A stretch of DNA of 64,000 nucleotides, from IMG/VR virus record IMGVR_UViG_3300010412_000010, positions 14,463-78,462 of that record, one strand, 5' to 3'. The position numbers were made by a program, and so were the translations under genes. The DNA comes from a virus. Taxonomy: Duplodnaviria; Heunggongvirae; Uroviricota; Caudoviricetes. Shown here piece after piece: positions 54,339 through 64,000 of the stretch. The notes beneath the pieces were generated by a model. It did not search any database and was not told where the DNA came from. It saw only the letters and a list, made by a program, of their open reading frames with translations. How positions within the stretch are numbered: position 1 is the first letter of the stretch; each line of letters begins with the position of its first letter.

Positions 54339-56900
54339 ATGAAGTTTTATACGAATGTTAAAACATACGGCAATTCGATTCTTGTTCGTGAAGTCGAAAA
54401 CGGAACCAAACGACAGTATAGGATAAAGGATTTTTCTCCGTCTCTGTATCTTCTGTCAAACAAACAAACAACTCCTGATGCGGTTACCTTGGATGGTAGA
54501 CCGTTGTCTGTGGTCAACCCTGGAAAAATTTCAGACTGTAAAGAGTTCCTAGAGCGATATTCCGATGTTTCTAATTTTGAAATTTTTGGGAACACCAATT
54601 GGACATATCAATTCATTGCGAACGAGTATCCGCAAACTCCGATTGAGTATGACTCGTCGCTAGTTACTGTGTGTAATATCGACATCGAAGTTGATAGCAG
54701 GAACGGCTTTCCGAAACCAGAATATGCGTCGGACAAAATTACTGCGGTGTGTATGCGTATTGGTAAGACATCTTATCTGTTTGGATGTGGTGATTTTGTT
54801 GTTCCAGAAAACAGAACACATGATGTTGTGTATACAAAATGCAACAATGAACCGCATTTGTTGCGGCAAGTTCTGGCTCGGTGGTGTGATAAACACCCAG
54901 ATATTGTTACCGGCTGGAATGTCGAGGGGTTTGATATTCCGTACTTGGTCAATCGCATGACCAAGATTATCGGTGAAGACGAAACAAAAACGCTGTCCCC
55001 ATGGAACCTTCTTTCCACCAAAGACACATTTGTCAATGGCCGCGAATCAGTTGTTCATTCTATTGGCGGTGTGGCTGTGCTGGACTATTACAATCTGTAC
55101 AAGAAATTTCGTCTGGTTCCGAGAGAATCATATAAACTGGATTTCATTGCAAAGGAAGAGCTTGGCGAATCGAAGCTAGAATATGACGGTCCATTGTGGC
55201 AGTTGTGTGATAATGATTTCCAGACTTTCATGGAATATAACCTGCGCGATGTTGACTTGGTTGACCGACTGGACGCCAAACTAAAAATGATTGATTTGGC
55301 GATGGTGCTCGCATACCAGTCAAAGTGCAACTACGAAGATGTGTTTTTTCAGGTGCGCATGTGGGATTGTTTGATTTACAACCACCTTCTTGCGCGAGGC
55401 ATAGCAGTTCCGCAAAAAGACAAACTTGTCGTGTCGTCGTCATATGATGGTGCGTATGTGAAAGACCCAGTATGTGGTATGCATGAGTGGGCGGTGTCGT
55501 TTGACTTGGACAGCCTGTACCCACACTTGGTTATTCAATACAACATTTCCCCAGAAAAATTTGTTCCCGTCGAATATGTTCCGGAAGAAGTGAAAGAACA
55601 CATCGACATCGGGGCAATATCGGTCGATTACATTTTGTCGGAAGAGCATGATTTTTCTATTTTGAAAAAACACCAATTGACCATGACCCCAAATGGACAG
55701 TTTTTCAAAACAGATTCACAGGGCTTTCTTGGTGAAATCATGGAAACCATGTACGCCGAACGAAAGCGATACAAGTCCATGGCAAAGGAATCCAAGAAAA
55801 AACTGGAATCCATTGACAAAGACACGCGCGCGCACGACGAAGAAACAAAACGCATGGAGCGATATTCGCTGTTGGAGCGTGGACTGAAAACAACATTGAA
55901 CAGTGGATATGGCGCTCTTGGTAATCAGTATTTTCGTTTTTATGACCATCGGCAAGCGGCAGCAATCACATCATCCGGTCAATTGTCGATTCGGTGGATT
56001 GAAAAGCGGTTCAATGAGTTGTTTAATAAGGTTCTTGGTACCAACAATGTTGATTATGTCATCTATATCGACACAGATTCCAACTACATCACGGTAAAGG
56101 ATTTCGTTGAAAAAAAATTTGGTGATGATGCTTCTGTTAGTATTTTAGAAAAAGTCAATTTTATTAATGCATTGTGCGAGAAAAAATTAATTCCTCATAT
56201 TGACAAGTCATATACCGAACTGGCAGAATATGTTTGCGCGTATTCACAGGCAATGCGCATGAAGCGTGAGGTAATTGCCAATCGTGGAATATGGACTGGG
56301 AAAAAACGCTATGTGTTGTCTGTGTGCGACGAGGAAGGCATTCGTTACGATACACCAGAATTGAAAATTACTGGGTTGGAAACAAAACGGTCTTCGGTTC
56401 CAGAACCATGTAGAACCGCCCTACAAAAATCGTATGAGATTGCGCTGAATGGAACCGAATCGGATATGATTGAATTTGTGGTCGGATTCAGAAAAGAATT
56501 TGAAGAACTGCCAATTGAGTCGATTGCGTTTCCGAGGGGGGTGAGCGACATTGAGAAATATCAAGAGGCAAATTTCTCTTTCAGGAAAGGAACTCCAATT
56601 CATGTTCGTGCGGCAATACTGCACAACAAACAGATAGATAAGCTGAATCTTGGAAATGAAATTCAGCCGATACGAAGCGGTGACAAATTGAAATTCGTAT
56701 ATTTGAAAATGCCGAATCCGCTCGGCGAAAATGTGATTGGGTTTTCCGACGCCACGCCAGATAGGATTGGTGTTGACCGGAAATACATTGATTATGATTT
56801 GCAATTCGATAAGAGTTTTTTGCAGCCACTAAAGGCGATAACAACTCTTATCAAGTGGAACACGGAAAAAACTTCAACACTAGACGACTTTTTTGGGTGA
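54339..56900 (+). CDS. 43: DNA polymerase gp43 (family B)
   Basis: Exo I motif CNIDIEVDS; polymerase motif A DLDSLYP; motif C YIDTDS; 853 aa. Confidence 0.9.
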   Translation: MKFYTNVKTYGNSILVREVENGTKRQYRIKDFSPSLYLLSNKQTTPDAVTLDGRPLSVVNPGKISDCKEFLERYSDVSNFEIFGNTNWTYQFIANEYPQTPIEYDSSLVTVCNIDIEVDSRNGFPKPEYASDKITAVCMRIGKTSYLFGCGDFVVPENRTHDVVYTKCNNEPHLLRQVLARWCDKHPDIVTGWNVEGFDIPYLVNRMTKIIGEDETKTLSPWNLLSTKDTFVNGRESVVHSIGGVAVLDYYNLYKKFRLVPRESYKLDFIAKEELGESKLEYDGPLWQLCDNDFQTFMEYNLRDVDLVDRLDAKLKMIDLAMVLAYQSKCNYEDVFFQVRMWDCLIYNHLLARGIAVPQKDKLVVSSSYDGAYVKDPVCGMHEWAVSFDLDSLYPHLVIQYNISPEKFVPVEYVPEEVKEHIDIGAISVDYILSEEHDFSILKKHQLTMTPNGQFFKTDSQGFLGEIMETMYAERKRYKSMAKESKKKLESIDKDTRAHDEETKRMERYSLLERGLKTTLNSGYGALGNQYFRFYDHRQAAAITSSGQLSIRWIEKRFNELFNKVLGTNNVDYVIYIDTDSNYITVKDFVEKKFGDDASVSILEKVNFINALCEKKLIPHIDKSYTELAEYVCAYSQAMRMKREVIANRGIWTGKKRYVLSVCDEEGIRYDTPELKITGLETKRSSVPEPCRTALQKSYEIALNGTESDMIEFVVGFRKEFEELPIESIAFPRGVSDIEKYQEANFSFRKGTPIHVRAAILHNKQIDKLNLGNEIQPIRSGDKLKFVYLKMPNPLGENVIGFSDATPDRIGVDRKYIDYDLQFDKSFLQPLKAITTLIKWNTEKTSTLDDFFG

Positions 56901-56904
56901 TAAT

Positions 56905-57963
56905 ATGGCACTAGATTTTTTGCAGGAATTGGTTGACGCAACACAAAACGAATATGCTGGTATAGCAACAAATGAAGAATTATTCAAGACAATGGGATTT
57001 GTTGACACCGGCTCATATGCGCTGAACGCATTGTTGTCTGGTAGTATTCACAAAGGTGCACCAAACAACAAGATTGTTGGGTTTGCTGGCGAACATGCTA
57101 CTGGTAAAACATTCTTTGTGTTGGCATGTATTAAACAGTGGCTTGACCAGAACCCAGATTCCATGGTGGCGTTCTTTGAAACCGAATCTGCGGTAGACCG
57201 TTCGACTTTTGAGTCGCGTGGTATTGACCCGAAACGGGTTGCGATTATTCCATGTGACACGATTGAAAATTTTCGAACCGCAGCGGTTCGTGTATTGGAT
57301 GGATATGCAGCAAAACCAGAAAAAGACCGTCCGCCGATTATGTTCGCACTGGACTCTCTTGGTATGTTGTCATCGACAAAAGAAGTAACTGATATTGCTG
57401 ATGGTAGTGACAAGCGTGATATGACCAAACAACAGTTGATTCGTGGCGCGTTTCGAGTGTTGACGCTAAAGCTGGGCAAGCTTCGTGTTCCAATGTATGT
57501 CACCAACCACATTTACCTGAAACAAGGTATGGCATTTGGTGACCCGCGTGAAATGGGTGGCGGTGGTGGATTGAAATACGCCGCATCCATTATCGTGTTC
57601 TTGTCAAAGGCTGGGTTCAAGGAATCCGATGAACTGTCTGGTGCTATTATTACTTGTACCATTGACAAGGGCAGGTTTACCAGAGAAAAACTGAAAGTTA
57701 AAGTGTTGTTGCACCATAGAACTGGCCTTGACCGTTATTATGGGTTATTGGACATTGCAAACAATGCCAATATCGTCAAAAAAGTCGGGAACAAGTTTGA
57801 GTTTCCTGACGGAACAAAAGCATTCGAATCCAAGATTATCAAAGAGCCAGAGACATTCTTTACCGAAGAGGTGTTGGCGTTGATTGATGATTACTGCCAA
57901 AAGAACTTTGTTTATGGCGGTGGCATGGACGAAGCGGTTGAGTCGGAAGACGATTCTGAATAA
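56905..57963 (+). CDS. uvsX: UvsX RecA-like recombinase
   Basis: Walker A GEHATGKT; RecA fold; start trimmed to ATG 56905 (the upstream TTG is in frame). Confidence 0.85.
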   Translation: MALDFLQELVDATQNEYAGIATNEELFKTMGFVDTGSYALNALLSGSIHKGAPNNKIVGFAGEHATGKTFFVLACIKQWLDQNPDSMVAFFETESAVDRSTFESRGIDPKRVAIIPCDTIENFRTAAVRVLDGYAAKPEKDRPPIMFALDSLGMLSSTKEVTDIADGSDKRDMTKQQLIRGAFRVLTLKLGKLRVPMYVTNHIYLKQGMAFGDPREMGGGGGLKYAASIIVFLSKAGFKESDELSGAIITCTIDKGRFTREKLKVKVLLHHRTGLDRYYGLLDIANNANIVKKVGNKFEFPDGTKAFESKIIKEPETFFTEEVLALIDDYCQKNFVYGGGMDEAVESEDDSE

Positions 57964-57984
57964 TAACAACCAATGGGGTGATGT

Positions 57985-58272
57985 ATGTTTGATATAGAAT
58001 ATGGCGGTAAAATTTTATCCGTCGAGGTGAATAACTTTGATTTTGATGCCGCGACCGAATCAACCGATGATGCTGGTAATGTTGTTGCACTGGATGTGCC
58101 GTTTACCATGGAAGTTTTCGAAGATGGAAATCGGGCTGCACATTACGAAACCGACCGCGACTTTATTGATGCTATATGTTCATATATTCTCACTGCGCTT
58201 GAATCGTTTATTGATTATGAACAAAATACCAATTACGAAGAGTATGCTTCCCAATGTCAAAAAGAAAATTGA
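57985..58272 (+). CDS. small acidic hypothetical protein
   Basis: 95-aa ORF. Confidence 0.35.
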   Translation: MFDIEYGGKILSVEVNNFDFDAATESTDDAGNVVALDVPFTMEVFEDGNRAAHYETDRDFIDAICSYILTALESFIDYEQNTNYEEYASQCQKEN

Positions 58273-58640
58273 GTGCGCTGTTTCACCCGCGCCAGTTTTT
58301 TTCTGACAGGAAAATGCGGAAAAGTTTTCGGCTTGATTATGAATGTGGCGTTGACCCAGTTCCGGTTGAAATTCTTTGCGGAAAATATGCTGGGGTAAAG
58401 TACCAATACGGCAAGGTGGGCATAACCCCAAGCGACCCACCAATCCTGCATTTTGTGTACCACATATTAGAAAACCCATCTGGCGTTGATACCGATACGG
58501 CGGATTTCATTGGTGTTGCTGGCGATACACTGAGCTTCATTATGAAGAATGATATGTATGATGAATTGTCGACCACGAAATCATCCGATGATTTGCTTGG
58601 GATGTTGGATGGAGTTGACCTTGATTTGGATATTAGTTAA
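58254..58640 (+). CDS. hypothetical protein
   Basis: 128-aa ORF; the true start may be the internal ATG near 58314; stop overlaps the gp41 start (TAATG). Confidence 0.35.
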   Translation: MSKRKLSALFHPRQFFSDRKMRKSFRLDYECGVDPVPVEILCGKYAGVKYQYGKVGITPSDPPILHFVYHILENPSGVDTDTADFIGVAGDTLSFIMKNDMYDELSTTKSSDDLLGMLDGVDLDLDIS

Positions 58641-60091
58641 TGACAGACAGAATAGAAAATACGATTCTTCGGAATGTCCTGTTCAACCAGAATTTTTCGA
58701 GACAAGTCATTCCATTTTTGAAATCGGACTATTTCAAGGAAAGAACTGATTCGATTATCATCGACGGCATTCTTGATTATGCGGCAAAATTCAATAACAT
58801 CCCAACAACAGAGGCGATTATCATTGAGTTGTCCGACTCAAACGATATCACCGAACAAGAATACACGGAATGTTGTGAGTTGGTGTCGTACCTTAAGGAT
58901 ACAGTCGATGCGGCGGAACAACCAGACATAGAATGGTTGATGAGTACAACCGAAAAATTCTGCCAAGATGCAGCAATCTATAACGCGGTTAGTAAATCAA
59001 TTCGGATTATCAATGGTGATGATACAACTACTCCAAAAACAGCAATTCCGGAATTGCTGTCCGATGCAATAAGCGTTTGTTTTGACACGCACATTGGACA
59101 TGACTACTTGGAAGATGTTGATGAACGATTTGAGTTTTATCATCGAACCGATGAGCGGATTCCGTTTGACTTGGCATATTTCAACAAGATGACAAAGGGT
59201 GGTCTTCCACGAAAAAGTCTGTCGATTATCTTGGGCGGTACAAATGTCGGGAAAAGTTTGGTAATGTGTCATTTCGCTTCTGCTAATTTGATGGCTGGAA
59301 AAAATGTGTTGTATGTAACTGCCGAAATGGCAGAAGAGCGAATTTCTGAGCGCATTGATGCTAACCTTCTTAACATTGCCCTTGATGATTTGGAGAGCAC
59401 TCCAAGAGAAATTTACATGGAGAAATTTAGTAATCGAGTACAAAAACGAGCAAGTGGTAAACTCATTGTGAAAGAGTTTCCGACCGCTTCGGCTCATTCT
59501 GGACACATCCGGCATTTACTGCGCGAACTGAAACTGAAAAAGAAGTTTGTTCCTGACATTATCTATCTGGACTACTTGAACATTTTTGCCAGTTCCAGAA
59601 TGAAGATGGGTGGTTCTATTAACACAAACACCTTCGTGAAGTCTATTGCGGAAGAAATGCGCGGATTGGCCGTCGAGTTTGATGTTCCGATTGTGAGTGC
59701 TACCCAGACAAACCGAACTGGGTTCACCAATTCTGACCCCGGTATGGAAGACACTGCGGAAAGTTTCGGGTTGCCCCAAACTGCCGATTTCATGGTAGCG
59801 ATTGTGTCTACGGAAGAACTGGACGAAATGGGACAGTACATGGTCAAGCAGTTGAAAAACCGCTGGGCGGATAAGCGTGGTTTGTTCCGGAAGTTTGTGG
59901 TTGGGGTCGACAAACCACACATGCGGCTCTATGACCTTGATGAAAGCGCCCAGCAGGCATCCTTGGGGGCAAGCATGGGTAGGGGCAAATCTTCGCAGGA
60001 AGACGCTCCTGTGGCTGATAACGGTGCTTTTGGTGAAGATTGGCGGGGTCGTAGGAAGCCGGTTGGTAGCACCGAAGGGTTCAATTTCTAA
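58640..60091 (+). CDS. 41: replicative DNA helicase gp41 (DnaB-like)
   Basis: Walker A GGTNVGKSL; DnaB C-terminal fold motifs; 483 aa (T4 gp41 is 475 aa). Confidence 0.85.
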   Translation: MTDRIENTILRNVLFNQNFSRQVIPFLKSDYFKERTDSIIIDGILDYAAKFNNIPTTEAIIIELSDSNDITEQEYTECCELVSYLKDTVDAAEQPDIEWLMSTTEKFCQDAAIYNAVSKSIRIINGDDTTTPKTAIPELLSDAISVCFDTHIGHDYLEDVDERFEFYHRTDERIPFDLAYFNKMTKGGLPRKSLSIILGGTNVGKSLVMCHFASANLMAGKNVLYVTAEMAEERISERIDANLLNIALDDLESTPREIYMEKFSNRVQKRASGKLIVKEFPTASAHSGHIRHLLRELKLKKKFVPDIIYLDYLNIFASSRMKMGGSINTNTFVKSIAEEMRGLAVEFDVPIVSATQTNRTGFTNSDPGMEDTAESFGLPQTADFMVAIVSTEELDEMGQYMVKQLKNRWADKRGLFRKFVVGVDKPHMRLYDLDESAQQASLGASMGRGKSSQEDAPVADNGAFGEDWRGRRKPVGSTEGFNF

Positions 60092-60182
60092 GTTGTTGAT
60101 TTTTTGATGTTTTGTTTAGTTGATGTTTTGTTTTGTGTGTGTTATGCTGGTGGTACCGAAATTACATTATGTGGGGGATATT

Positions 60183-60635
60183 ATGGCGAAGGGTGAAGAG
60201 CATGAAGTTGGCGATTCGGTTGTCATTATGGCCGGACGCCAAATCGGATTGATTGGTGAGGTGGTCAAGGTTGCTTATGGCACATATATTGTCGAGCCAT
60301 ACAACTACCCATATTTCAACAGTCCAAGCCATTTGACCAAAATTGGCCCATTTTCTGCTACTGACTTGGTGCCGGTTGAAAAGCCGGATGGTGCTAGTCT
60401 GGAATACAACCAAGAGAAATATGGGAAAAATTTTATCAACCAAAAGGACGAGCATGGCAATTCAATTTATCCGACCGGCATATATGCTGCCGGATATGAA
60501 CCAGCGGTGAAGGTGCGAGATAAAACTTGGTCTTCCGTCAAAACCAAAAAACGGAACGGGCGGAAACCAAAGAAAGTCGAAAGTGTTGGTATCGACGATA
60601 TCAAAACGGCATTTTCGAATCCTCTGGCTGTCTGA
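60183..60635 (+). CDS. hypothetical protein
   Basis: ATG 60183 preceded by GGGGGA; followed by a terminator. Confidence 0.4.
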   Translation: MAKGEEHEVGDSVVIMAGRQIGLIGEVVKVAYGTYIVEPYNYPYFNSPSHLTKIGPFSATDLVPVEKPDGASLEYNQEKYGKNFINQKDEHGNSIYPTGIYAAGYEPAVKVRDKTWSSVKTKKRNGRKPKKVESVGIDDIKTAFSNPLAV

Positions 60636-60664
60636 CGGCATCTACTTTAGTGTTGCAATAACAC

Positions 60665-60688
60665 AACCCCGCTTCGGCGGGGTTTTTA
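60665..60688 (+). terminator. rho-independent terminator
   Basis: ccccgc-ttcg-gcgggg followed by tttttatttg. Confidence 0.75.
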
Positions 60689-60733
60689 TTTGTCATAAAT
60701 ACTTGTACTGTTTATAAATTGCATGGAGTTTTT

Positions 60734-61441
60734 ATGAAGTCTTTTCGTCAAGTAATTCAAGAAGCTGGTGGAGAAGCGGCTGGAAAAATCGTTGTCCACA
60801 AGACACCGCTGGACAAGGCGCGCGCGTATGCGGAAAAGGAATTTCAAAAAATCGGAAAAACCCTCGACGAAGAAGTTCCGAATTTTGATGAAAACTATAA
60901 GCTGCTCCAGAAAAAACTTGCCCAGTCAAAAGGTGTCCGTCGGGTCGATATGCCAGTAATTGACCCAGAACAGATTGGTGATTTTGTGAAGCATTTGGAT
61001 GATGGCCGAATCGACATCTTCAAACCATATGCCGAAGGTAAGTTTGTAACCCAACAGGAATTAGGCAAGCTGGAACCGGGCGAGCGGTGGATTGATTTGG
61101 GTTATAAAGATGGAAACAAGAAAGATGATGTTGTCAAGGCAAAGTACACAACCGTTCCGGTAAAAGACCTGAAGCCAATCCAAGAAGAAGTATACTTTGA
61201 CAAAATCGTCGCGCCACTGGTTAAATTTGGAAAAATCACCCAGTCTGGTCCAGTAACCAAGCTAACCCTCATCACATCATCCGATAACTATATCATTGAT
61301 GGCCATCATAGATTTTCTGGCATGATTTTATCCGACCCAGACCTGAAAGCCAGTGTAGTGAAAGTTCCTCTGAAGATTGATGACTTGCTGAAGGTAACAT
61401 TGTCGTATGGTGATTCCGTTGGAAACGAGCGAAACAAATAA
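60734..61441 (+). CDS. hypothetical protein with a ParB/sulfiredoxin-like DGHHR motif
   Basis: IIDGHHRFSG motif; RBS GGAG; two late-promoter-like motifs upstream (cataaata, tataaatt). Confidence 0.35.
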   Translation: MKSFRQVIQEAGGEAAGKIVVHKTPLDKARAYAEKEFQKIGKTLDEEVPNFDENYKLLQKKLAQSKGVRRVDMPVIDPEQIGDFVKHLDDGRIDIFKPYAEGKFVTQQELGKLEPGERWIDLGYKDGNKKDDVVKAKYTTVPVKDLKPIQEEVYFDKIVAPLVKFGKITQSGPVTKLTLITSSDNYIIDGHHRFSGMILSDPDLKASVVKVPLKIDDLLKVTLSYGDSVGNERNK

Positions 61442-61458
61442 CACATAAATATTAAAAA

Positions 61459-62223
61459 ATGGATGACAATATGAAATCACTATTATCACATATCGACGAT
61501 TTTAACACGCAGTATGCGCCATACATGTGTGATTTGGCCGAAGAAGCGGATGACTTGTCTGGTGTGCTTGGGTTGGATTCATTTCATGTTCGCGGTGGGA
61601 AATTTGTTCCTGGCGATTCGAGCTTGGAATTGGTGATGACAGTAGAGGACATGGAAGAAGATTATCTGTCCGATGTTGTTATTCAAGAAGAGTGTTTGAA
61701 CGAAGAGTCTCCACCAGACGAAAAGTTAAAGAAGTGGCTGGAAGACCCAAAAGTACAAGCGTCGTTCAAGTCTCAATATGGTGATGAATGGAAAGAGGTG
61801 ATGTTCGCGCGCGCGTGGGCGCTGTACAACAAGAAAGAGAAATCGGCCAACGAACAGACTGAACATCTTTCTGAATCACTATCTGGTGCCGTTATTCTTG
61901 GTGCCAAGTTGGCGTTGGTGATTTATGCAATTGGCGAGATATACACTAATGCTAACTCATTCAATGCAAACAAGAAAGGATTGTTCGCGCGGGCGGTAGA
62001 ATCCGTCAAAGCAAAATCTTTGTTGAAAAAACTTCAACAGGATGAAAATATTTCAAAATTTTTGTCAGATAAATCTAATTTTGATGACAAAGGTGCTCTG
62101 AAGAAACAAAAAGCTTCAGATTTTAGGCAGTTGGTTCGCAAGACAGTAAGTATTAGCGAATATGGACTGTTTGAGCGATTGGTAAAGGAACTTGTTTCCG
62201 CTGCCAAAAAAGATGAGCAATAA
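61459..62223 (+). CDS. hypothetical acidic protein
   Basis: 254-aa ORF. Confidence 0.4.
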   Translation: MDDNMKSLLSHIDDFNTQYAPYMCDLAEEADDLSGVLGLDSFHVRGGKFVPGDSSLELVMTVEDMEEDYLSDVVIQEECLNEESPPDEKLKKWLEDPKVQASFKSQYGDEWKEVMFARAWALYNKKEKSANEQTEHLSESLSGAVILGAKLALVIYAIGEIYTNANSFNANKKGLFARAVESVKAKSLLKKLQQDENISKFLSDKSNFDDKGALKKQKASDFRQLVRKTVSISEYGLFERLVKELVSAAKKDEQ

Positions 62224-62236
62224 AAAGGAGAAAACA

Positions 62237-62506
62237 ATGAGCAAGGTTCCAGAATGGGCAACCCCCCCAATGGCCGGATGTATTGCAACCGACGCTGGTT
62301 GGCTTCACCCGAATTACGGGTTGGTTCGTGGCCACAAAGGTCTGAAGGCAAAGATTGATTCTTTGTATGCAGAAGAAACAAAACAGGTTAAGGTCTCTAT
62401 CGAAGAAACTGTAGAAGCTGGTCCTGTGTTGCTACAAGAAGAAGAACAGTCAGAAGAAAAGAAAAAGCCTCGCAAGAAAAAATCAAAAAAGAGCGACGCT
62501 GAGTGA
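62237..62506 (+). CDS. small hypothetical protein, Lys/Glu-rich C-terminus
   Basis: ATG 62237 preceded by AAGGAG. Confidence 0.35.
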   Translation: MSKVPEWATPPMAGCIATDAGWLHPNYGLVRGHKGLKAKIDSLYAEETKQVKVSIEETVEAGPVLLQEEEQSEEKKKPRKKKSKKSDAE

Positions 62507-62943
62507 GCACTGGTTATTTTGATTTAATGGAACGATTGGAGGTAGGTGCTGCCTCCACTTCGTTTATTCCCGATGACGCTCCAATCACAAAGCGTGATTT
62601 GATGTCGCTGGAACATTTGTTAGACCAGTTGTATGCTGCAATCGGAATGGATATCGGATTCACCAAACATTTTCTTGACCGCGTGAACGATGTTAGAAAC
62701 CGAAAGCAAATAACGATTGGTGAACTGAAACAGTTGTTTGTTGATGCGTTCCGCCAGTACAAAGGCCAGTTCGAAAAAATGAAAATCGACTTTGAGGCCG
62801 TGCTTACTGATTTGCGAAGTGATATCAATATTCCGTTTGCTATCACTTGGAATAACAAGCAAGGAGAGCTTGAAATAATCAGCAAAACGATTATGAGAAA
62901 CAAAAACTTCAGAACAAGCAACAAAAAGTTGTATGTTAGGTAG
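62503..62943 (+). CDS. hypothetical protein
   Basis: 146-aa ORF, overlapping start/stop. Confidence 0.35.
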   Translation: MSTGYFDLMERLEVGAASTSFIPDDAPITKRDLMSLEHLLDQLYAAIGMDIGFTKHFLDRVNDVRNRKQITIGELKQLFVDAFRQYKGQFEKMKIDFEAVLTDLRSDINIPFAITWNNKQGELEIISKTIMRNKNFRTSNKKLYVR

Positions 62944-62951
62944 GGATAAAT

Positions 62952-63296
62952 ATGTTAGAAGCACTCGAAAAAATGAAAGAAAATTATCCAAAAGTAATAT
63001 CAGCCGTTGTTGGGTTGATTACTACTGTGCTTACTTGTGTGTTCCTAATCGAAGACCGCTATGCGAATGCTGCTGATTTGGAAGAATCGACACAACGACT
63101 GGAACAACAGATTCAGGAAAAGATTGCCCCGCTAGAACAACAACTTCAGCGAACAAATGACAAAACCGACGCAATCATTCGCTACATGGAAGCAGACAGA
63201 CAGACAAGAATCACCGTGTTGCGCATGAAGGCACAGAACGGAACAATCACAAACGAAGAACGGGTTGAGCTTGAAAACCTACTTGATTTACACTGA
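62952..63296 (+). CDS. small membrane-anchored coiled-coil protein
   Basis: N-terminal TM helix VISAVVGLITTVLTCVFLI followed by a coiled-coil region. Confidence 0.35.
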   Translation: MLEALEKMKENYPKVISAVVGLITTVLTCVFLIEDRYANAADLEESTQRLEQQIQEKIAPLEQQLQRTNDKTDAIIRYMEADRQTRITVLRMKAQNGTITNEERVELENLLDLH

Positions 63297-63308
63297 GGAA
63301 ATACTGCT

Positions 63309-64000
63309 ATGACTGGCACAAAACAATTCAAAAAATTCGTCAATGAACTAATCGAAAACCGACTTTCCTATGCTACTCGCGGTAGTATGAGAATGGGCAT
63401 TGTTGGCAGCGGTGCGGTTGATGACGGTACGCTGAATGTACAAGACCTGACCGACGGCGAAAACATTCGTCGTCTGAATGCGTTTATCAAGTCTGTCAAT
63501 AAAACAAGCCACATGGACATTGAAAGCATTATTTCAAACATCCGCACCAAACTGTATGTGGTTGGGCTGACCTTCCCACAATTTGATGTGGAAGGCGACG
63601 CTGGTGGCGTGACTGTTACCGTTGACCAATATGGACACGACCTGAGCGATGTCGTTGATGGTGGGTTGTATCTTGATTTCAATTGGGAAACCGAGGCCGA
63701 TGGTCTGGTTCGTTTGGATGCGCGTTTGGTGAGCGGTGCCGAACTGGACATGGAAGCACAGGAAGATGGTGAAGATGTGTCTGATGACATGTCGGATGAC
63801 GATGATGAAGATGAATATGCGTCTGTGTCGGATGAGATTTCTGATTATGACGATGATGCTCTTCCGATATCAGAAAGTGAACTGGATGGTTTGTGCCTAG
63901 AAGATTTCTTGGTTCTGTTCGAAGAAACCGGCGACAAAGAAGAATTCCAGAAGTTCTTCAATTCTGTTTTGAAAAAATTCGGCGTTGAGTCTCCAAAAGA
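63309..64000 (+). CDS. hypothetical protein with acidic C-terminal tail (5' partial; runs off the window)
   Basis: ATG 63309; frame open to the window end; DDMSDDDDEDEY...DYDDD acidic tract. The antisense ORF 63368-63790 is likely spurious. Confidence 0.4.
   Translation, partial: MTGTKQFKKFVNELIENRLSYATRGSMRMGIVGSGAVDDGTLNVQDLTDGENIRRLNAFIKSVNKTSHMDIESIISNIRTKLYVVGLTFPQFDVEGDAGGVTVTVDQYGHDLSDVVDGGLYLDFNWETEADGLVRLDARLVSGAELDMEAQEDGEDVSDDMSDDDDEDEYASVSDEISDYDDDALPISESELDGLCLEDFLVLFEETGDKEEFQKFFNSVLKKFGVESPK

Noticed and set aside
63368-63790. 140-aa minus-strand Ser-rich ORF
   Set aside because: It is antisense to the acidic-tail partial CDS starting at 63309 and shows the low-complexity mirror image of the acidic tract.
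1-64000. CRISPR array or prophage integration elements
   Set aside because: The only regular repeats are intragenic (tail fibre, acidic tract) or the short tandem repeats at 24072-24140. There are no spacer-repeat arrays. No integrase or attachment-site pair was seen, and the T4-like core is colinear throughout, consistent with a lytic phage genome segment.

Overview
This 64-kb window reads as a contiguous piece of a T4-like myovirus genome, about 40% GC, with nearly every gene on the + strand. The conserved T4 core modules are present in cyanomyovirus-like order. A late structural block runs neck gp13/14-like, gp15, gp16, gp17 terminase, gp18 sheath, gp19 tube, gp20 portal, prohead core proteins, gp21 protease, gp22 scaffold, gp23 major capsid, then gp3-like, UvsY, UvsW. 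A replication/recombination block follows: gp55, gp47/gp46, and later dNMP kinase, gp45, gp44, gp62, RegA, gp43 polymerase, UvsX, gp41. Auxiliary genes typical of cyano- and pelagimyophages are also present (speD, a CobS-like AAA+ ATPase with a CobT-like VWA partner). The centre of the window (30.8-45.1 kb) is an accessory island with about 30 tRNA or tRNA-like genes in several clusters, interleaved with small ORFs. That island carries the most unusual content. The main items are a divergently arranged RelA/SpoT-type small alarmone synthetase (one of only two minus-strand genes) beside an HD-domain alarmone hydrolase; a ~0.9-kb promoter-driven structured non-coding region containing a CCA-less tRNA-like element and motifs reminiscent of RNase P RNA; several structurally atypical tRNAs; an HslV-like Ntn peptidase; a choloylglycine-hydrolase-like Ntn hydrolase; an SPFH lipoprotein with an NfeD-like partner; a Pnk-like kinase with phosphoesterases; and an SNase-like nuclease. 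T4-type late promoter motifs (TATAAATA), sigma70-like promoters and three clear rho-independent terminators are visible. No CRISPR array and no obvious transposon were seen. All coordinates for tRNAs and trimmed CDS starts were determined by hand and may be off by 1-2 nt.
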